Positions 44,695-54,199 of a DNA stretch of 64,000 nucleotides are shown here, one piece after another (positions within the stretch are counted from its first letter, which is position 1; each line of letters starts with the position of its first letter). Source of the stretch: Minisyncoccia bacterium (lineage in GTDB: Bacteria > Patescibacteriota > Minisyncoccia > Phycocordibacterales > Phycocordibacteraceae). A program made the position numbers and the translations under genes. The stretch is taken from the NCBI GenBank assembly GCA_038207395.1, contig JBBQZW010000001.1, positions 77,530-141,529 of the forward strand, written 5' to 3'. The notes under the pieces are model-generated. The model had not been told where the DNA came from, ran no database searches, and saw nothing but the letters and a program-made list of their open reading frames with translations.

Positions 44695-45942
44695 ATGAGA
44701 ATTAGATATACTTTCCTTACTATTGATATGGACACGCAAAAACGCCCTTCAGCCAAATGCGTGTATTGTGGCGATACTCCGGTAAATCACACCTTTCATT
44801 TTATAGACTCAAGTCTTTCACTACTGTTAGGAGGAAATCGCACCCCTCGTGAGAAACCACTTCCACGCCTTTTTCGGTTGGAAAACTCTGAAATTATTCG
44901 ATGGATCATACGTAGCCTTCTTGCCGCACTAGTACTAGTAAAGATAGTTACATTCAGTACTGATAAGGAACTGGCGCGCACTACTCGCACAAAGAGCATT
45001 TGGGCAGAGGCACTTCGTCGTGGAATCCCCATCCAGGAAGTTCTTATTTTTGGTGCACGACGTGATCAGTTACGTGCGTGGCTTCCGACAAAGAAGGGTG
45101 GGAAGAAATATCGTTGGCATTATTTTGATAGTATCCCCACTCGCCCTTGGGTCCCGCAGTACGGACTTTCGTGGGTTGATGATAAGCAGAGCTTAAAGAA
45201 GGTCTTTTCTGGCCACAACCTTCCGGTAGCACGGGGCGGCTCTGTCTGGACTGCAGCAGGTGCTCGAAACATACATGAAAAAGTAGGCGTGCCTGTAATT
45301 ACGAAGCCTCGCGAAGGCTCTCGAGGCCGACACACAACCGTTGCCATCAGTAGCCCAGATGAGCTTACTGAGGCATTCAAACGAGCTCAACAACTTTGTC
45401 TATATGTACTGGTTGAAGAATATGTTGAGGGTCGGATATATCGAGCAACCTGTGTTGACTCGAAGGTAATCGGCATTATGGAACTCGTTCGCCCCAGTAC
45501 ACTCGCTGACGGTGTTAAGACCATTACAGAGCTACGCGAGCACCATAACGCGCACGGTAAGGCATATGCGCACTTAACCGATGTTGAGGATTCAACGCTT
45601 TTCCGCGATGCTATTAGTCACCAAGGATACACTCCTGAAAGTATTCCTCCTGCAGGCACCCGTATTCTTCTAGCTGAATTAGAGGAGCGGACAAATGGAG
45701 GGTACTTTGTTGACTGTACTGATGATATCCCTAAAGAAACCATACAGACGATTGAACGCGCTGCAGACCTTTGCGGTATTGATGTGGTTGGATTCGATAT
45801 TATTTCAAAAGATCTCGCAGATCCTGATGAACGGTTCGTCTTTCTTGAAGCAAACTCTTTGCCGTATATTGAGATTCATGACATGCCGTACGCAGGTACG
45901 GTTCGAAATGTCTCTTCGGCAGTATTTGACCTATGGTTTTAA
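44695..45942 (+). CDS. ATP-grasp ligase (cyanophycin-synthetase-N-domain-like / D-Asp-ligase-like), membrane-anchored
   Basis: 415 aa. The N-terminal third has a TM (IIRWIIRSLLAALVLVKIVTF). The ATP-grasp core is ..PVITKPREGSRGRHTTV..VLVEEYVEGRIYRATCV..NGGYFVDCTDDIPKETIQTIERAADLCGIDVVGFDIISKDL..FVFLEANSLPYIEIH.. The true start may be an internal Met. Confidence 0.6.
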   Translation: MRIRYTFLTIDMDTQKRPSAKCVYCGDTPVNHTFHFIDSSLSLLLGGNRTPREKPLPRLFRLENSEIIRWIIRSLLAALVLVKIVTFSTDKELARTTRTKSIWAEALRRGIPIQEVLIFGARRDQLRAWLPTKKGGKKYRWHYFDSIPTRPWVPQYGLSWVDDKQSLKKVFSGHNLPVARGGSVWTAAGARNIHEKVGVPVITKPREGSRGRHTTVAISSPDELTEAFKRAQQLCLYVLVEEYVEGRIYRATCVDSKVIGIMELVRPSTLADGVKTITELREHHNAHGKAYAHLTDVEDSTLFRDAISHQGYTPESIPPAGTRILLAELEERTNGGYFVDCTDDIPKETIQTIERAADLCGIDVVGFDIISKDLADPDERFVFLEANSLPYIEIHDMPYAGTVRNVSSAVFDLWF

Positions 45943-46661
45943 AAATCCCAACAGCACCCAAACATATTGGAATCATTGGTGGTATGGGTCCATTCGCAGG
46001 ACAGCGCTTTATTCAGCACATTCTTGAATACGCGCGCGACACCTACGGCGCGCGCGTAGACGAAGACTACCCTCAAATGAGTATTGAAAACATCGCACTT
46101 CCTGCACTCACGGCTCAAGGCGTTACTGACGGTATGCAGTATGTTCCACTACTTAGTTCTGTTCTAAAAAGGATTGAGACGTACGGCGCACAGATGATAG
46201 CGATTCCCTGCAATACTATTCACTCTATCCACGCTGAACTCCAAAAATCAGTTGCAGTTCCTCTATTTAATATTATCGAAGAAACAGTAAGGCGAGCAGT
46301 ATCTCAAGACTATAAACGTACATATATACTCGGCACTGGTTCAACTATTTCTGACGGTCTATATCACTCAGCGCTTCGTGCTCAGAGTATTGAGCCACTG
46401 CAGCCTACGGGTGAACATCAAGAACAGGTGGGGGCACTCATTACTATTCTTGAGCAAGGGTGCAGTACTCCCGAAGCATGCGAACTCTATGACTTACTTG
46501 TTAAAGAGGCTATGGCTCAAGGCGCTGATTCGATCATTCTTGGCTGTACCGAACTTTCGTATCTTTGCAATGAGCCCACGCCGGGCATCAGTGTCATAGA
46601 CAGTTCCCGCATTCTCGCCGAAGCAGTCGTGAACGCAGCGTACGGTGCATCGTTGTCCTAG
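45933..46661 (+). CDS. aspartate/glutamate racemase family protein (aspartate-racemase-like)
   Basis: 242 aa with HIGIIGGMGPFAGQRF (the GGMGP motif of aspartate racemases), IPCNTIHSI and ILGCTELS. Overlaps the ATP-grasp stop by 10 nt, suggesting translational coupling. Confidence 0.7.
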   Translation: MVLKIPTAPKHIGIIGGMGPFAGQRFIQHILEYARDTYGARVDEDYPQMSIENIALPALTAQGVTDGMQYVPLLSSVLKRIETYGAQMIAIPCNTIHSIHAELQKSVAVPLFNIIEETVRRAVSQDYKRTYILGTGSTISDGLYHSALRAQSIEPLQPTGEHQEQVGALITILEQGCSTPEACELYDLLVKEAMAQGADSIILGCTELSYLCNEPTPGISVIDSSRILAEAVVNAAYGASLS

Positions 46662-46672
46662 CCTATTATTTT

Positions 46673-47578
46673 CTAGGATAACTGTAGCGCAAATAGCAGC
46701 ATTAAGAGTCCGAGTATCGTCAAAAAGAAGCGTGTCGTTCGTGGAAGACCCGTAAGAATTGTTGCGACTAGGCGAAATTCAAGTCGAATACTTCCATAGG
46801 GATACAGGCCTGTGTAGAAAGGAGTACGTGTTTCGCGCCACGGGTCAGTCGTGGTGAGTAATCGCAGCGAGTCAGCTTTGAAGAGTTTCTTTAACAGCGT
46901 GCTTTTTGGGTCCTCTACCCACTCCTGTCCACTCCAAAATAAAAGTGGCTGGAAGTGAGTCTTGTATGACATCCATTTGCCATACGTAACACCGAGGTAT
47001 AGATACGCTATTTCCTTACGTTTCAATTCCTCAAGAATAGCGAGGTACACATATAGTCCGAGGTATGAACTTTCAAACTTCTTTGCGTATGCGTGATACC
47101 AGGTATGGACAAAGCCCTCACCATGAACCTCAAGCACATATGCGGCTGGCACATCATTGATACAAAACTCGCGTATATGCGTAACAAAACCTGAGTCAAG
47201 GATTGCTCGGAGGCGTGCTTCAGGCATCGCATCTTTTCCAAATCTGAATGCAAAGTAGCTGAGGAAAAACGATATAAAATCGTTTGTTATAGAAAAAGTC
47301 TCAATGTCATGAAGTTTCGAGGTAATGGGGCCGAGCGCTGACACTCTCCTTCGGACGCGTGCATGATAGTGCCGTTCGTGAAAGTCAGGGACGCGTACCC
47401 GCGTCCCTCGCGCCATATATACCATTCGATCTGGTTGCTCCTTTGCGCCTACGAAAGGCAGAAATCCTTTCTCGTATACATCATCTAGTGAATCAACTTC
47501 TTCCAATTCGCCATACACCGAATACCCAAACGAATAGAGTGCAGGGTTAGCTGAGAGTTCAGAATAAAAGATTCGCAT
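46673..47578 (-). CDS. hypothetical protein with a C-terminal TM
   Basis: 301 aa and aromatic-rich (..HGEGFVHTWYHAYAKKFESSYLGLYVYLAILEEL..), with a C-terminal hydrophobic helix. No family assigned. Confidence 0.45.
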   Translation of the reverse strand: MRIFYSELSANPALYSFGYSVYGELEEVDSLDDVYEKGFLPFVGAKEQPDRMVYMARGTRVRVPDFHERHYHARVRRRVSALGPITSKLHDIETFSITNDFISFFLSYFAFRFGKDAMPEARLRAILDSGFVTHIREFCINDVPAAYVLEVHGEGFVHTWYHAYAKKFESSYLGLYVYLAILEELKRKEIAYLYLGVTYGKWMSYKTHFQPLLFWSGQEWVEDPKSTLLKKLFKADSLRLLTTTDPWRETRTPFYTGLYPYGSIRLEFRLVATILTGLPRTTRFFLTILGLLMLLFALQLS

Positions 47579-47593
47579 GATACGAGTAGTGTA

Positions 47594-48136
47594 TCAAAAA
47601 GTATATACGTACAACTTCCTACCGAGTTTTTTAGGGTCACCGGTTGAGAGCGCGACCTCCCTATCTTCTTTTCGCTTACTAAATACAAAATCAAGCGAGT
47701 AGACCGAAGCTCCTGGCTTTAACTCTTTCTCTACCTTCGCAAGTAAGGCATCCATGACCTGCGGATACAAATAGGTGTACACATGCGTTGCATCCGCAAG
47801 ACTATGAGTTTCAAACATGCCATGACGTATCTGGATGGATGTTCCGCGTGTACGGTATCGTGCAATAAAATATGGGATGAATTGAAACTCAATTCCAACG
47901 AATTTCGCCTGAGGATTCTGTTTTGCAATTTCTATGAGCATTCGTGCGTCTCCGCATCCAAGATCGTAGAAGACGCTTCCTTTCGGAAGCGTCCCGATAA
48001 GCGAGACAATCTCATGCATGACTTCAGTACGCGTTGGAACAAAGGGAGCACGTGAGGGTAGAAGCACCATCATGCGTATGAAAAGAACGCAGTAGGTTAT
48101 GACTACCAAGTCGAGGAGCAGAATAAGCCAAGTCAT
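47594..48136 (-). CDS. class I SAM-dependent methyltransferase, membrane-anchored
   Basis: Start trimmed to the Met of MTWLILLLDLVVITYCVLF because the longer ORF overlaps tRNA-Ser. Motif I is FYDLGCGDARMLIEIA. Confidence 0.6.
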   Translation of the reverse strand: MTWLILLLDLVVITYCVLFIRMMVLLPSRAPFVPTRTEVMHEIVSLIGTLPKGSVFYDLGCGDARMLIEIAKQNPQAKFVGIEFQFIPYFIARYRTRGTSIQIRHGMFETHSLADATHVYTYLYPQVMDALLAKVEKELKPGASVYSLDFVFSKRKEDREVALSTGDPKKLGRKLYVYTF

Positions 48137-48144
48137 ATTTTGTG

Positions 48145-48232
48145 TGGCGGAGGCGGAGAGATTTGAACTCTCGATGCCTTGCGACATGCCGGTTTTCGAA
48201 ACCGGTGGAATAAACCACTATCCGACGCCTCC
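48145..48232 (-). tRNA. tRNA-Ser (anticodon CGA)
   Basis: Acceptor GGAGGCG/CGCCTCC, anticodon arm CCGGT-TTCGAAA-ACCGG, long variable arm and T arm GAGAG-TTCAAAT-CTCTC. CCA is encoded. Confidence 0.75.
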
Positions 48233-48297
48233 AAGGCCTTCAGTACTGCACATCCTATCATTTTTCGCATAAAATGATATCGTAATTTAGTTCATAT

Positions 48298-48369
48298 GGT
48301 CCCATCGTCTAACGGTTAGGACGCCCGCCTTTCACGCAGGAAATCGGGGTTCGATTCCCCGTGGGATCA
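48298..48369 (+). tRNA. tRNA-Glu (anticodon UUC)
   Basis: Acceptor GGTCCCA/TGGGATC, anticodon loop CTTTCAC and T arm CGGGG-TTCGATT-CCCCG. Confidence 0.75.
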
Positions 48370-48403
48370 CATTGGAATTCAAGATGGTAAACCGACCATT
48401 TTA

Positions 48404-48439
48404 AAGAAAAGACACCTCATGAGAGGTGTCTTTTCTTTA
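48404..48439 (+). terminator. rho-independent terminator after tRNA-Glu
   Basis: AAAGAAAAGACACCTC-atga-GAGGTGTCTTTTCTTT. Confidence 0.7.
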
Positions 48440-48530
48440 ATACATTTCGGCAAGAGGTAGTTCTGCCGAAACGGTGGATTATGCAATATCGTTTGAAAGC
48501 ACTTCATAAGTAAGGTATTCTGCAATAAAT

Positions 48531-48603
48531 GCGCGGTTAGCTCAGTTGGTAGAGCGCGTCATTGACGTTGACGATGTCGGGGGTTCGAATCCCTCACCGC
48601 GCA
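48531..48603 (+). tRNA. tRNA-Val (anticodon GAC)
   Basis: Acceptor GCGCGGT/ACCGCGC, D arm GCTC-AGTTGGTA-GAGC, anticodon arm CGTCA-TTGACGT-TGACG and T arm GGGGG-TTCGAAT-CCCTC. Confidence 0.8.
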
Positions 48604-48606
48604 CCC

Positions 48607-49473
48607 ATGGAAACTCCCCGAACAATCATCCTCTATCACGGCAACTGTCCGGATGGTTTTGGAGGTGCCTATGCTGCGTGGAAGAAGTTTGGAGATTCTG
48701 CCGAATACTACGCACTCTCCCGCACCATGCCAGAGCCTGAGTCACTTCATGGCGCAACGCTGTACTTCATTGATTTCTGCTATCCGCAGGAAATTATGGA
48801 CACGTATGTAGCTCAAGCAGGAAAGCTGGTCATGCTTGATCACCATGAGGGGGTTGAAGATATTGTTCGTTCTATGCCGGAATTTGTATATGACTCAAAT
48901 CGTTCAGGTGCCTCTATCGCCTGGGACTATTTCCATCCTGGTGTCCCTATGCCGAATCTTCTTCGGTATGTTGAAGATGATGATCTTTTCCGTTTTGCAC
49001 TTCCTGATACCAAAGCAGTACTCGCCTACCTTGCGGTACAGCCTCATACTTTTGAACTTTGGGACGCAATAGCGGTTGACCTTGATAATCCAGAACACTC
49101 AGTAACGTTCATGGAGAAACTCCACACCTACCGCGAATATTTTGATCTTCTCGTAGAGTACACCGCATCACGTGCAAAACCGGTTATGTTTGAAGGTCAC
49201 GAAGTGTATTTGGTAACGGTGAATCCGCTTAAACCATTCGTATCAGCGGTCGGTGCGTCACTTCGTCAGAAGCACCCTCCCTTTGCACTCATGGCACATG
49301 CCTTTGCAGGAGGAATGCGTATATCCATGCGCGGGGACGGATCGATAGACCTTACGAAAATTGCTCAGAAGTATGGAGGAAATGGACACCCTAACTCTGC
49401 AGCATTCTCTCTTGAATGGGGGTCACCACTTCCCTGGACGCCTGTTGAACAAGATGAAACTTCTAGCCATTGA
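48607..49473 (+). CDS. DHH-family phosphoesterase (NrnA-like)
   Basis: Start trimmed to the ATG immediately after tRNA-Val (METPRTIILYHGNCPDGFGG..). Has the DHH motif (LVMLDHHEG). 289 aa. The 3' end overlaps the tsaD start. Confidence 0.55.
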   Translation: METPRTIILYHGNCPDGFGGAYAAWKKFGDSAEYYALSRTMPEPESLHGATLYFIDFCYPQEIMDTYVAQAGKLVMLDHHEGVEDIVRSMPEFVYDSNRSGASIAWDYFHPGVPMPNLLRYVEDDDLFRFALPDTKAVLAYLAVQPHTFELWDAIAVDLDNPEHSVTFMEKLHTYREYFDLLVEYTASRAKPVMFEGHEVYLVTVNPLKPFVSAVGASLRQKHPPFALMAHAFAGGMRISMRGDGSIDLTKIAQKYGGNGHPNSAAFSLEWGSPLPWTPVEQDETSSH

Positions 49474-50671
49474 GACGAGCTGCGACGAAACCGCAGTTTC
49501 CATACTTGAAGGAGTAATGAACGGTACGGGCAGTTCAGCAACGTTTACCGTACTCGGCAATGCACTTCTTTCACAGATTGATATTCACAGGGAATTCGGG
49601 GGCGTCTTTCCTATGGTCGCAAAGCGCGAACATGCCAAACACCTCTTAAGCCTTACCTACAAAGCATTAAATGACGCTGACCTTTTGGATGAAGATGCTC
49701 AAATCATTCCTCCTAAGATGTATATGGATGTCGCAGATTTGCTTGTACGTGAAGAAGGTATGGCAACCAGTCTCCTTATGCTGGCTGAAACAGTAAATCC
49801 TCCGGAAATTGATGCAATAGCAGTAACTGCCGGTCCCGGACTTGAGCCCGCGTTATGGGTTGGAGTTAATTTCGCAAAAGCGCTTTCGTTACTTTGGAAT
49901 AAACCAATCGTTTCTGTAAACCACATGGAAGGGCATATTTGCGCAGCACTTGCTCAAATACATGGTTCGCACGAACAAGATAATGGAACTATCGCACAGG
50001 ACATATCTCTCCCCGAAATCGAACTCCCTCTCCTTTCACTCCTTATTTCTGGTGGACACACAGAACTCGTTCTTTCAAAAACATGGGGAGAGTTTGAGCT
50101 CATAGGCGCAACCCGCGATGATGCTGTCGGTGAAGCGTTTGATAAAGTGGCGCGCATGCTTGGTCTTCCGTATCCAGGTGGTCCTGAAGTTTCTAAACTA
50201 GCGGAGATTGCGCGTGAGATTGGCAGTACTGAAGAAGTGCCGCTACCCCGCCCTATGATTCACGAACCGCACTGTGATTTTTCATTCAGCGGACTCAAAA
50301 CATCCGTCCTCTACCGTATTAAAGATCTGGAACTAACGGAAGAAAAGAAACAATCCATCGCGCGTGAGTTTGAAGACGCAGCGGGAGATGTGCTCTATGC
50401 AAAAACAAAACGAGCGCTCGAAGAGTCAGGGGCAAAGACGCTCGCGCTTGGTGGCGGTGTTTCTGCCAACACTCACATAAAGCGTATGTTCCGTGCTCGG
50501 CTTGCCGAAGACTTCCCCGATGTATACCTCGCCATCCCTGAACCGATACTCACGACTGATAACGCGATAATGATTGGTCTTGCTGGTTTTTACCATGCAG
50601 AACGTGGCGACTTTACCGATTCAGCCATCCTCAAAGCTGACGGGAACCGCAAACTTGCTTCTAAAAAATAG
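49454..50671 (+). CDS. tsaD: tRNA N6-adenosine threonylcarbamoyltransferase TsaD/Kae1 family (extended)
   Basis: Begins MKLLAIETSCDETAVSIL. Has the metal-binding HMEGH motif and a C-terminal ..GGGVSAN.. segment. About 406 aa, with insertions relative to typical 340-aa TsaD. Confidence 0.75.
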   Translation: MKLLAIETSCDETAVSILEGVMNGTGSSATFTVLGNALLSQIDIHREFGGVFPMVAKREHAKHLLSLTYKALNDADLLDEDAQIIPPKMYMDVADLLVREEGMATSLLMLAETVNPPEIDAIAVTAGPGLEPALWVGVNFAKALSLLWNKPIVSVNHMEGHICAALAQIHGSHEQDNGTIAQDISLPEIELPLLSLLISGGHTELVLSKTWGEFELIGATRDDAVGEAFDKVARMLGLPYPGGPEVSKLAEIAREIGSTEEVPLPRPMIHEPHCDFSFSGLKTSVLYRIKDLELTEEKKQSIAREFEDAAGDVLYAKTKRALEESGAKTLALGGGVSANTHIKRMFRARLAEDFPDVYLAIPEPILTTDNAIMIGLAGFYHAERGDFTDSAILKADGNRKLASKK

Positions 50672-50711
50672 CCCGAGCATCTGCGGCCTATATTTGCTAT
50701 AGTCTAGATAA

Positions 50712-52862
50712 ATGGACGACAAATTCCTCAAGCCATATGACCCAGCAATTACTGAGAACCGCATCTACAGGATGTGGGAGGAGAGTGGGTTTTTTAACCC
50801 AGACAACCTTCCTGACGAACTAGTGTCTGAAAATGGAAAGCCGTACACGATAGTAATGCCGCCGCCAAATGCAAACGGTGATTTGCATGCGGGACACGCC
50901 TTGTTTGTCTCACTTCAGGATCTTTTGACACGCTTCAAGCGTATGCAAGGGTATCGCGCCCTTTGGATTCCCGGAGCAGACCACGCAGGGTTTGAGACGC
51001 AAGTCGTATATGAGAAGAAACTTGAAAAAGAAGGGCGTTCTCGTTTCGGAATGGATCCAAAAGAATTGTATGAAGAAATACTTGCATTTACCCTGGCGAA
51101 TAAATCAACCATGGAGAATCAGGTACGCGCGCTTGGAGCATCATGTGACTGGTCACGTGAGAAGTTTACGCTTGATCCTGATGTTGTTGAGCGAGTACAG
51201 GATACGTTCATAAAAATGTTTAATGACGAACTCGTATATCGTGGAAAGCGCACCGTTAACTGGTGTCCAAAGCATCAGACATCTCTCTCGGATATTGAAA
51301 CGACCAGTGTAGAAGAACAAACTCCTTTCTACACCTTTAAATATGGGCCATTTGAGATTGGTACGGTGCGCCCTGAGACTAAGTTTGGAGATAAGTACGT
51401 GGTCATGCACCCAGAAGATGAACGGTATGCGCAGTACGCCCACGGGGACACGTTTGATCTTGAATGGATTAACGGTCCAATCACTGCGACGGTAATCAAA
51501 GATACTTCCGTTGATCCTGATTTTGGAACGGGGGTTATGACTATTACTCCTTGGCATAGTGGTATCGACTTTGAAATTGCCAAGCGTCATAATTTGGATT
51601 TTGAACAGATTATCGACTGGCGAGGAAAATTACTCCCTATCGCCGGTGAATTTACGGAGATGAAGATAACGGACGCTCGCCAGAAGATTGTCGAGAAGCT
51701 TGAGGCAAAGGGATTACTTGTATCAACCAATACTGACTACAAGAACGTAGTGAAGCGCTGTTATAAATGCAACTCAATGATTGAGCCTCAGGTTAAAGAT
51801 CAGTGGTTTGTTAAAATGGCTCCCCTTGCTGAAAAAGCAATCGAGGCAGTTAACGCAGGTGATATTCGTTTTATTCCTGAGCACGAAGAAAAGATATTTC
51901 GTCATTGGATGGAAGATACATTGGATTGGAACATCTCTCGTCAGATTATTTGGGGTATTCCAATCCCCGCGTGGTTCAAGGATGGCGAAGCACGAGCCAG
52001 CCGAGTATGTCCTGGTGAAGGATGGGTACAAGATATTGATACCTTTGATACCTGGTTTTCCTCAGGTCAGTGGCCGCTCATGACCACAAGGTACCCAGAT
52101 GGAAAAGATTTTGAGACACACTATCCAACAGACGTGATGGAAACCGGAAGAGATATTATCTTCTTCTGGGTTGCGCGAATGATTTGTTTTGGTCTGTATC
52201 TCACGGGTAAGGCGCCCTTCCATACCGTATATCTTCACGGTCTCGTGAATGACGCACAGAATAAAAAGATGTCTAAATCAAAAGGGAATGTTATTAATCC
52301 TCTGGAACTAACTGACAAGTATGGTACTGATGCCCTTCGTATGGCGCTTATCGTTGGCAATACTCCCGGAACTGACCTTGCATTGCGTGAAGATAAGATC
52401 AAGGGGTATAAAAACTTCGCCAATAAGCTTTGGAATATTACCAGATTCATTCTTGAAAATACTGAAGATGTAGACAGTGGTGTGCCACTCACTGCTGACG
52501 ATTACGCAATGCGTAGTGAACTTACGGCTCTCATATCCGACATCACCAAAGATATGGATGCATATCGTTTGTACCTTGCTGCTGAAAAGATATATCACTA
52601 TATCTGGGATCGCCTTGCATCGGAGATTCTTGAAGATTCGAAAAAGATATTTGCAAACGAATCAGAAACTGAAGCGATTGCATCACGCAAAGCACTTCTG
52701 CGTTCTCTTCTGCGCGACATACTCACCATCCTTCATCCGTTCATGCCATTCATAACTGAGGAAATCTGGCAGTCAATACCTGAAACTCAAGGTATGCTAC
52801 TAGTATCGCCGTGGCCACAGGTTTCTGTAGCTGCATCAGATACTACGCATGCACCTTCTTGA
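50712..52862 (+). CDS. valS: valyl-tRNA synthetase (short form)
   Basis: 716 aa, class I, with a HIGH-region variant (PPPNANGDLHAGHAL), KMSKS (KKMSKSKGNVINP) and TGRDIIFFWVARMI characteristic of ValRS. It lacks the long C-terminal coiled coil. Confidence 0.7.
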   Translation: MDDKFLKPYDPAITENRIYRMWEESGFFNPDNLPDELVSENGKPYTIVMPPPNANGDLHAGHALFVSLQDLLTRFKRMQGYRALWIPGADHAGFETQVVYEKKLEKEGRSRFGMDPKELYEEILAFTLANKSTMENQVRALGASCDWSREKFTLDPDVVERVQDTFIKMFNDELVYRGKRTVNWCPKHQTSLSDIETTSVEEQTPFYTFKYGPFEIGTVRPETKFGDKYVVMHPEDERYAQYAHGDTFDLEWINGPITATVIKDTSVDPDFGTGVMTITPWHSGIDFEIAKRHNLDFEQIIDWRGKLLPIAGEFTEMKITDARQKIVEKLEAKGLLVSTNTDYKNVVKRCYKCNSMIEPQVKDQWFVKMAPLAEKAIEAVNAGDIRFIPEHEEKIFRHWMEDTLDWNISRQIIWGIPIPAWFKDGEARASRVCPGEGWVQDIDTFDTWFSSGQWPLMTTRYPDGKDFETHYPTDVMETGRDIIFFWVARMICFGLYLTGKAPFHTVYLHGLVNDAQNKKMSKSKGNVINPLELTDKYGTDALRMALIVGNTPGTDLALREDKIKGYKNFANKLWNITRFILENTEDVDSGVPLTADDYAMRSELTALISDITKDMDAYRLYLAAEKIYHYIWDRLASEILEDSKKIFANESETEAIASRKALLRSLLRDILTILHPFMPFITEEIWQSIPETQGMLLVSPWPQVSVAASDTTHAPS

Positions 52863-53610
52863 GTCTTCTACACTACAAACTATTGGATACGCATTCATAG
52901 GCGGGCTTATGCCCGCCTTAGTGTGGCTCTACTTTCTTCTCAAGGAAGACTACCGCCACCCTGAACCACGCTCTATTCTCTTTCTCGCATTTATTGCAGG
53001 AATGATTGCCGTACCTATTGCGATACCGCTTGAGTCGTTAGCCCGCAATTATCTCTTTACGACAGTCGCAACCTGTTCACCTTACCTTCCACTTTGTCTC
53101 CCGGTAATTGCCGCTTGGGCGGTTATTGAAGAAGTTCTTAAGTATGGCTTGTGTGCTGCGTTTATCCTCTGGCGCAAAGATGTGGATGAGCCTATCGACC
53201 TGGTAATTTATATGCTTACGACTGCGCTTGGTTTTGCCGCTCTTGAAAACGCACTCTTTCTTATCGAACCGCTCGCCGCTCGTAATTTTCTTTCTGCACT
53301 TGCAACAGATAATTTACGTTTTGTCGGTTCTACGCTTCTTCATATTATTGCAACAAGTATCATTGGATTTACACTCGCTCTTGCACACACGATGCCGCGC
53401 GCTTCGCGCGCGTTCATATCTTCATGCGGACTTATCCTCGCCATTTCGTTGCACACCACCTTTAACTTCCTTATAATTCCACGAGGCGACACGCACAGCA
53501 TCCTCAGCGCATTCTTATTCGTCTGGAGTGGTGCAATAATCTTCTTCGGCCTCTTTGAAGTGTTAAAATACTTCGAGTATCGAGCGCCTAGTAATCCGTA
53601 TACCTACTAA
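52849..53610 (+). CDS. PrsW-family intramembrane metalloprotease-like protein
   Basis: 253 aa and polytopic, with EExxK (IEEVLKYG) and downstream FxxxH/H-containing helices. The N-terminal ..YRHPEP.. resembles PrsW. Confidence 0.5.
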   Translation: MHLLESSTLQTIGYAFIGGLMPALVWLYFLLKEDYRHPEPRSILFLAFIAGMIAVPIAIPLESLARNYLFTTVATCSPYLPLCLPVIAAWAVIEEVLKYGLCAAFILWRKDVDEPIDLVIYMLTTALGFAALENALFLIEPLAARNFLSALATDNLRFVGSTLLHIIATSIIGFTLALAHTMPRASRAFISSCGLILAISLHTTFNFLIIPRGDTHSILSAFLFVWSGAIIFFGLFEVLKYFEYRAPSNPYTY

Positions 53611-53624
53611 CTTTTCTTTTATCC

Positions 53625-54146
53625 ATGAAAAAACGATCTTTCTTTGAGCGCCTCTCCGGTTCGGTACCGGTGAATGACGACTATGATGCTTTTGAGGAAG
53701 ACATGCCTCTTCCCCGACGCCAGGCTGCTATTCCCGCAATGCCTATGGCACAGACTGCACCAGCTCCAACACAACAGCCTCAGACAGCATTTCTTCATCA
53801 AGAAGATGAACCTGCTGAAGGACAGCTTCCGGTAGACGTATATCAAACTCCTAGTGAAATTGTTATTCGTACATTTATCGCCGGTGTTCGCCCTGACGAA
53901 ATTAATCTTTCAATAAGCCGGGATATGGTTGTAATCGAAGGCGCTCGCGCAGAACGAGAAACTATTGCTGACTCAGAATATTTTAACCGTGAACTTTTCT
54001 GGGGTTCATTCTCGCGTACAATTCTTCTTCCTCAGGAAGTTGATGTGGAGAATTCCTCAGCAAGTGCAAAGGATGGTCTCTTAACACTTATCCTTCCAAA
54101 GCTTGATAAGGCACGTCAAACCAAACTTCGTGTAAAGGCAGGGTAA
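53625..54146 (+). CDS. small heat-shock protein (Hsp20/alpha-crystallin family)
   Basis: 173 aa with an alpha-crystallin domain (PVDVYQTPSEIVIRTFIAGVRPDEINLSI..GSFSRTILLPQEVDVENSSASAKDGLLTLILPK). Confidence 0.8.
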   Translation: MKKRSFFERLSGSVPVNDDYDAFEEDMPLPRRQAAIPAMPMAQTAPAPTQQPQTAFLHQEDEPAEGQLPVDVYQTPSEIVIRTFIAGVRPDEINLSISRDMVVIEGARAERETIADSEYFNRELFWGSFSRTILLPQEVDVENSSASAKDGLLTLILPKLDKARQTKLRVKAG

Positions 54147-54166
54147 AGAAAACAGGTCCCTTTGTA

Positions 54167-54199
54167 ACAAAGTCTCTAGGCGCTCCTAGAGACTTTGTT
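54167..54199. terminator. bidirectional hairpin terminator
   Basis: ACAAAGTCTCTAGG-cgct-CCTAGAGACTTTGT between convergent hsp20 and the minus-strand membrane protein gene. It overlaps that gene's stop. Confidence 0.55.

Noticed and set aside
47594-48187. Full-length 197-aa methyltransferase ORF as given by the ORF track.
   Set aside because: The first 17 codons overlap tRNA-Ser(CGA) on the same strand. An in-frame Met starting a TM helix (MTWLILLL) at 48136 is the more plausible start.
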